A stretch of DNA of 40,118 nt. Source: Stramenopiles sp. TOSAG23-2 (lineage: Eukaryota). Position numbers and translations under genes: made by a program. The notes beneath the pieces are model-generated. The model was given only the letters and a program-made list of their open reading frames with translations, was not told the DNA's origin and made no database searches. The stretch lies in NCBI GenBank assembly GCA_900128395.1, contig LT649310.1:1-40118 (forward strand). Direction: 5' to 3'. Numbering within the stretch: position 1 is the first letter of the stretch; every line of letters begins with the position of its first letter. Below are positions 34,221-40,118 of this stretch, in pieces.

Positions 34221-36302
34221 ATGGAAAAGAAAGCACAAAACAGTGAAGACGAAGATCCGTGGGTGCAATACGATTTACTAAAGCAACGTCTGAAGCGACT
34301 CAGGGTTCGATTCTATAATGGTAGGGATGCAGACAAAGAAAGGACGGCCCGATTACGGCCAATATGGTATGAGCGCCAAAAAGAAGTATTAGAAGATTTA
34401 ATTTATGTTCGACGAGGCTTGAGAGATTTGCAAGGCTCATCCAACGAATTTCATTTTTGCGTCTCTGCAGAAGAGCGCAGATGGTTGGAAGACCAAGAAC
34501 GGTTAGAAGCGTTGCTTAAAAAATCGAAAGCATCCAAAAGACTAGCAAAGTTAGATGTTGTGAAAGCAGAATTAGCTGTGACTCAAAAAGAGAAGGAAAA
34601 ACTTATTTTCATGAGAAATGGGCGCCCATTACCATTTCGCGATGAAATTTTTGCCGAAATTACAGAAATTAATCGTGTATATAAAGAATTACTAATAGCT
34701 ATGGAAGAAAGTACAAACGAATCCATTGACTTAGAGCGAAGACATGAAGAAGCTCGAGAATGGCAAAGGCCAGAACAATATGTAAAACAAGAACGAGTTT
34801 TTGCACAAGTCATTGCGCAGCGGGAAAAAGCAAGGGAATCCTTAACTTTGGAAGAACAGGGTGTCATATCTGCCGTTCGTTTCGGTGAGGCGGATACTCT
34901 CCGCAAAATTTTGGCTACTGGGAGATACTCCGTACAAGTAACGACGGGTATGTCGAAAGAAACTCCCTTACATTTTGCTGCAATAGGTGGATATACAGAT
35001 GTAGCAACTGTATTGATAGATGCCGGTGCGACAGTAGACGCATTTAATATCGATGGGTGGACTCCCCTTCATTATTGTTGTGGACTTTTGTCGACTAAGG
35101 TAACGATTGGGTTGAACAGATTAGAAATGGTTAGACTTTTGTTACAACGTGGAGCAAATGCAAATCTTGGAATCGATAACGGTCGAGCGGTTGAGATGCC
35201 TGATAACTCCACTCCACTTCATTTTGCATCATATTCTGGCGCTAATGATATCGTTCAACTCTTATTAAAATATAAAGCGGAAGTAAATTCACCCGATATG
35301 AATGGTAGGATTCCTATCATGATAGCGGCGGGGCAAAATCATAGCGAAACTGTAGAAATATTAGAAAAAGCTGGTTCGAGAATGGAGGCAAGAGATTACT
35401 GGTGTGAAACTGCACATGAGCATGTCGCTAACATGTGGCTTCGTTTAGGTCGTCCGGCAGAAGAGGAGCGTGATCTGCAGACAGAAGAACTACTCCGTGT
35501 GCTTGGTAAACCATTAACGGCTAAAGAAGTTGATTCCAACCTTGCAACACACTTTACTATAGTACACGACGAGAAAACAAAGGAGGAGATTGAGCGGGTA
35601 TATTATAGAGTTGAATATAAACATTTGCCAGATTTGTACCACGCTCAAAGCGAGCGTTTAAAGCACAAAAGGCGTCGTTTGGGTATACAAGAAATCCTTG
35701 GTCCAGAACGAACCGTATTAGTAGTTGATTGGAAGTTGCCATTTCCACTGCATACACCTAAAACTCCTAGTGCACCAATGCAGTCTCCTCTTCAACTTCT
35801 TCAAAAAATTTTAAGGGATGGTCTTCCAGAAGCAGCGATTGATTCGTATATATTTTCTAACGGTCGTAAAAAGTATAGATCTTATTACATAAATACTACC
35901 ATCTCCTTGAAAAATCAATTCATGCTTCATCTGTACATACGGGACAGATTATCAACATATCTACCTCACCATGGCCTAATAAAGTCATTTAATATAAAAT
36001 TTAAATCTTTGCCTTTGTATCAAATGTATGAAGAAAATGGAACAGATGTATTTAATTATTATGGTCATTTCGATGAGTACGGATTAAATATGAATGATGA
36101 AAAACCTTCTGCAATGAAATTGTTGCGCGTAACAAGTGTTCGGCAAGATGAAATTCCGGTAGAAGCATGTCCGACTTTAAGTAGGGCAGTCTCCGTATAT
36201 TATAGAAAATGGCGTACAGAACAAAAAGTACGTATGAAAGGGGCAGTTGAAGCTGTTATCGGGGGCAACATGATATATAAATTAATTTCTAAACGTCGCT
36301 AA
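34221..36302 (+). CDS. Ankyrin-repeat protein with an N-terminal coiled coil and an unknown C-terminal domain
   Basis: ETPLHFAA, WTPLHYCC, STPLHFAS and RIPIMIAA ankyrin repeats. Confidence 0.9.
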   Translation: MEKKAQNSEDEDPWVQYDLLKQRLKRLRVRFYNGRDADKERTARLRPIWYERQKEVLEDLIYVRRGLRDLQGSSNEFHFCVSAEERRWLEDQERLEALLKKSKASKRLAKLDVVKAELAVTQKEKEKLIFMRNGRPLPFRDEIFAEITEINRVYKELLIAMEESTNESIDLERRHEEAREWQRPEQYVKQERVFAQVIAQREKARESLTLEEQGVISAVRFGEADTLRKILATGRYSVQVTTGMSKETPLHFAAIGGYTDVATVLIDAGATVDAFNIDGWTPLHYCCGLLSTKVTIGLNRLEMVRLLLQRGANANLGIDNGRAVEMPDNSTPLHFASYSGANDIVQLLLKYKAEVNSPDMNGRIPIMIAAGQNHSETVEILEKAGSRMEARDYWCETAHEHVANMWLRLGRPAEEERDLQTEELLRVLGKPLTAKEVDSNLATHFTIVHDEKTKEEIERVYYRVEYKHLPDLYHAQSERLKHKRRRLGIQEILGPERTVLVVDWKLPFPLHTPKTPSAPMQSPLQLLQKILRDGLPEAAIDSYIFSNGRKKYRSYYINTTISLKNQFMLHLYIRDRLSTYLPHHGLIKSFNIKFKSLPLYQMYEENGTDVFNYYGHFDEYGLNMNDEKPSAMKLLRVTSVRQDEIPVEACPTLSRAVSVYYRKWRTEQKVRMKGAVEAVIGGNMIYKLISKRR

Positions 36303-36417
36303 TTTCCTTTTTTTTTTTATTTTTTTAATATGTATGATATGCATATGTATCATACATATTTTTAAAATGTACATCAGCAGTATGATACGTAAGAATATAA
36401 TATTTTTAAAATTTTGA

Positions 36418-36744
36418 TGGTTAAAATCTAAGTTATATATGATAATAATTTCACTTCCCGTGCTAAGTAATATGCTCAATACTCAATCTCAAGAATAATA
36501 TTCTATCCTACTAAATAGTAAAGCTCTAATGCACCACCTCTCTGCAAACTAATACTCTACAAGCATTGAGTAGGTTTCTCTCCTTCCGCGCATACTCGTT
36601 GAACTCGCTGGACGTCGGGTTCATTATTCGAAAACGGTGAGGTTGTCGAAGAGAAAGATCCTGTTGTGAACAACAACCGGTAGCTATCCGGATAAAAAGA
36701 TCTTGAAGTGCACGGTTGTGGCAAAAAGCCGCGGTTTTAATCAC
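36418..36744. repeat. Dispersed repeat family X, long diverged copy
   Basis: Colinear with 30365-30697. Confidence 0.95.
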
Positions 36745-36818
36745 TTAAATAAAAATACACATATTTTTAAATATTTTTTATATAACGTATGTACTTTATA
36801 TTCTCAAGATATCATATT

Positions 36819-38930
36819 TTAAACTATGACACATCGTTTTCTTTTAGCAATGGACTTTACAAGTTCCCCATCATTTGTCACATTAGTATCTCGGACCACT
36901 CCAACTTTCTTTTTATTTTTATCTTTCATGGTGGGACTCCGCTTTTCATACGCAACCCGTCTATCTGCAGCATCGCGAAAGTGTATTTCAGACGACGTTG
37001 GGACTAAACGCCATCCTTTTTTTTTTCCTTCCATAAAATTTGCTTTTGGTTCCATTACCTTTTCTGGTGATTGCAATGGAGTTGTTGGATTGCCACCTTT
37101 AGCTTTACGAAAAAATGCTGTTGCTATTTTCAATGCACCACTTCTATTAAATGAATCGTCAAAACTATCTTGTGTTTTTAGTGCTTTTTTCTTTCTTTTC
37201 GTTTGATTATCTGAATCCGAAACTTTTCGGTTTGATTCTTGTTTTGTACATACAAATGGATGAGAAAATAGACTTTTCGTGTTTGGTCTTTCATCTGGAT
37301 TTCTTCTGAAACATTGATTTAGAAAGTCGATCATATCCTCAGTAGTTTCTCTTTCGGGGACATGATCAAGTGGTGGAGAATCATTGCTGGTAGATACATG
37401 GTGTAACAATTCGTAAACACTTTTAAATCCACGAACTGCCCAGGGTGTTTCTCCTGATAACATTTGAATAATTGTACATCCTAAACTCCAGATATCTGCT
37501 TTGATGTCACATCGCTCATTAGTAATGACTTCAGGGGCTAAAAATGCAGGGGTACCAAAAAGTGCTGGGCCTTTCGTTATATTTTTTAATAGTCGTGCAG
37601 CACCAAAATCTGCTAATTTAATCCTTCCATCTTTGGATACAAGTATATTTTGCCCTTTAATATCTCGGTGGACTATACCTTGATTATGTAAATATGCGAG
37701 GCCTTTTAATATTTGCAAAGTGTGTTGCGCTACCAATCCTACAGGGAGCTGTCCAAATTGGGCTAAAATTTGAGTTAGACTCCCGCCACTAACCCATTCT
37801 GTAAAGATATATAATCTATCCCAAAGAACTGCTGCACCTACGTATCGGACGATATTTGGATGGCGCAATCTTTGCAAAATCTGTACTTCTGTTACTACAT
37901 CTGTCATTCCACCGACTACGTCTTGGCCACAATAAATTTCCTTTACAGCTAAAAAAGCTCCGTTTGTTTTATCTAGTCCACGATAGACAATACCATACGC
38001 ACCAGATCCAATTTTATCACCCAGTCCATATAAATCATTGAATTCCTCCGGGGTTAGAACTGCCGGCCGTTGATTTCGTTTTGATCGCTTCTTATTTTTC
38101 CCTTTCGTTTTTCGTTTTCTTCGATAACTTTTATCTCCGTGTTTGCTTTTACTATTGTTTTTTTGACTTTGCTTTTGTTTATTATTAGGCCTCTTTGACT
38201 TACTTTTTTGAAGGCGATTTTTATTTACAATATTATTTTTACCTGGGACAAGAGCTTTCGAAGTCATTGATGTGTCAAACATCACATTTGTTTTAATTTT
38301 TTTTAATTGATCATCAAAGACGTCTTCAACTTCTTCTTCCTCATTAGATTCTTCATAATTAATTTCGTTGCGCATATTGCTATCTAAAGAACTCACCGAT
38401 GATACAGAGAACCCATGCTCCCTTGGTGTCGTAACGTCTGGCCCGACTTCATTTATATTAATTGTTTGTGAAATCAAATCTCCGTTTCCATATTCCTCCT
38501 CGACACTTCGCTTAACTTTACCGTCCCTATCAAAATTAGAAGAGTTTTCTTTTAGATGCAACTGCAACTGCTCGCCAACTACATTTGGCAGCCTTTCCTC
38601 GTTTTCAGAGGATTCTTCGTCGTCATCGCTGTTACTGCTGCTTTCATCAGTTGGCGATAAATTTAAAAGGGATTCTTGCACTATTTGGTCTTCGCTACGT
38701 TTTGTGATTTCTTGGCTATGGTGAGAAGAATTGCTTTGTACACGATTAATACGGTCGTTATGCAGGATTTTGATAGAGTTATCTTCCGCTATAATATTGT
38801 TGTGCACATCTAAGTTCTCATTTACAAGCTTGTCAACGTAAACTACCATAACATTTGGTTGAGAATCCCTCGATGCAAGTGCTTTCAATCCACCTGGGAC
38901 AGTCGTAACCTGCACTTTATCTTGCGACAT
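36819..38930 (-). CDS. STE-group Ser/Thr kinase (MAP3K; STE11/Cdc15-like) with a C-terminal CaaX box
   Basis: IGSGAYG, LAVKEI, HPNIVRY, HRDIKGQNIL, DFG, GTPAFLAPE and ADIWSLGCT; the protein ends KRKRCVIV*. Confidence 0.94.
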   Translation of the reverse strand: MSQDKVQVTTVPGGLKALASRDSQPNVMVVYVDKLVNENLDVHNNIIAEDNSIKILHNDRINRVQSNSSHHSQEITKRSEDQIVQESLLNLSPTDESSSNSDDDEESSENEERLPNVVGEQLQLHLKENSSNFDRDGKVKRSVEEEYGNGDLISQTININEVGPDVTTPREHGFSVSSVSSLDSNMRNEINYEESNEEEEVEDVFDDQLKKIKTNVMFDTSMTSKALVPGKNNIVNKNRLQKSKSKRPNNKQKQSQKNNSKSKHGDKSYRRKRKTKGKNKKRSKRNQRPAVLTPEEFNDLYGLGDKIGSGAYGIVYRGLDKTNGAFLAVKEIYCGQDVVGGMTDVVTEVQILQRLRHPNIVRYVGAAVLWDRLYIFTEWVSGGSLTQILAQFGQLPVGLVAQHTLQILKGLAYLHNQGIVHRDIKGQNILVSKDGRIKLADFGAARLLKNITKGPALFGTPAFLAPEVITNERCDIKADIWSLGCTIIQMLSGETPWAVRGFKSVYELLHHVSTSNDSPPLDHVPERETTEDMIDFLNQCFRRNPDERPNTKSLFSHPFVCTKQESNRKVSDSDNQTKRKKKALKTQDSFDDSFNRSGALKIATAFFRKAKGGNPTTPLQSPEKVMEPKANFMEGKKKGWRLVPTSSEIHFRDAADRRVAYEKRSPTMKDKNKKKVGVVRDTNVTNDGELVKSIAKRKRCVIV

Positions 38931-39454
38931 CTTTTAAATATTTGTATTGGCTAAACGTAATAAATGCTGGGATATTGTCTTCTTACGGTAAGGATTCTAT
39001 TTACTATTATAAATATGATTTATACACATTGTCGTATTATTGATTTGAAACAATATTTTTTAATATTTTGTCTATTGTTACTTTACTCGTGTTCTGAATT
39101 CGGTTTTTACATATATATGAGATAAATAATTTTATTTAGAGGATGGAGATTTCTTTATATTTCGAATTATTGGAGTGGCGAAAGGATATTATTTGTGTGT
39201 TAAATGTTTTATTATCTGCAGTGTAAGTGCATCTCAAAACATAATAGATGCCATTTTAATTTTTAGTTTGTCAATATATAAGTATTATATATATTAATAG
39301 TATAATATTATTGTATGTAGTGTGGTTTGCTAGTGCACTAGTATCAAATAAAAGAAAAAAAACAATCTGGCCAGCTGGCAATTACAATCCAGCAATGAAA
39401 TCAAAACACACCCATTTTTTCTATTTGATGGTTAATATTACCTATACCACCGTG

Positions 39455-39545
39455 GTAGCGGGCTATAGCTCCTAGCTGGGAGCTGGGCTAGAGCTAGAGC
39501 TATTAATAGCGGCTAGAGCTAGAGCTAGCTAGCTGGGCTAGCGGC
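39455..39545. repeat. Degenerate (gagcta/gctgg)n cluster upstream of the kinase gene
   Basis: gctagagctagagctattaatagcggctagagctagagctagctagctgggctagc. Confidence 0.75.
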
Positions 39546-40118
39546 GAGAGGAACATAAATACCAGAATAATAGCTCTATCTATAATTGAAATAATACCAG
39601 GACAGGAGTACGAGTATTATACCACAGGGGTAGTCCCCCCAGAGACATAGATTTAGTGCTATGTGCCTTGTAAATCCCATCCAAACAGTGCAAATATCAG
39701 GTATTTTCCATCCTGTGTCAGCCTAAATTGCGTTCAAAAAAACAATCCCAAAACAGGTGTAAATTGAGTGGATTTGGATTTTTGTATACTTGATTCTATT
39801 TTCATCCTATCCAATGTTATACTTATATCATACCATCAGCTGATATTTATTCAGTCCAATCAATATATATAATGAATGACCATTATAAAAATATATATAT
39901 ATATATTTAGTATCTGATGGGCATTTTACAAATAAAAAATAGCCAATATCTTTTTTTTGAACACAAGGTTGACGTTGAATAATTGCACAGGCCATATTTA
40001 CATATAATAGAAGAACATATCATTTATTCAACGCCAGCCCTGTGTTGAGATTTTTTTTATCAAGCACGTTGTACATCATGAAATGTAAGGCCTAATTATT
40101 TATATATATTTACTTCAT

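Noticed and set aside
39623-40044. Possible second CACAG-terminal element (cacaggg ... ccctgtg)
   Set aside because: Only 7 bp of inverted match and no TSD; it could be the start of an element running off the window but cannot be supported.

Overview
AT-rich, gene-dense, intron-poor eukaryotic DNA using the standard genetic code. A flagellated protist is likely, possibly a stramenopile; this is inferred from gene content and not proven. About 14 host genes are supported: a basic low-complexity protein, a SWIB/DEK-C/SWIB protein, an ETFBKMT-like methyltransferase, a Canopy-like saposin, a P4-ATPase flippase with two short GT-AG introns, an SMP-30/gluconolactonase, an RSPH1-like MORN protein, a 2065-aa coiled-coil protein, DPH4, a Zn-ribbon GNAT, DCP2 with a fascin-like N-terminus, a PH/RING-H2 protein, an ankyrin protein and a MAP3K-like kinase ending in a CaaX box. 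Non-host or accessory DNA includes a decayed phage-type tyrosine-recombinase island (~5.3-8.2 kb), a 654-bp CAC-terminal MITE with 20-bp perfect TIRs and a 2-bp TSD, and a fold-back element at 19.6-20.1 kb. An unclassified ~330-bp dispersed repeat occurs four times (two long copies, two fragments), always in the same orientation and always 3' of a minus-strand gene. Intergenic DNA appears to use two vocabularies: CCAGC/GCTGG/TAGC clusters 5' of genes and TACGAAGT/ATCAT palindromic words 3' of genes.
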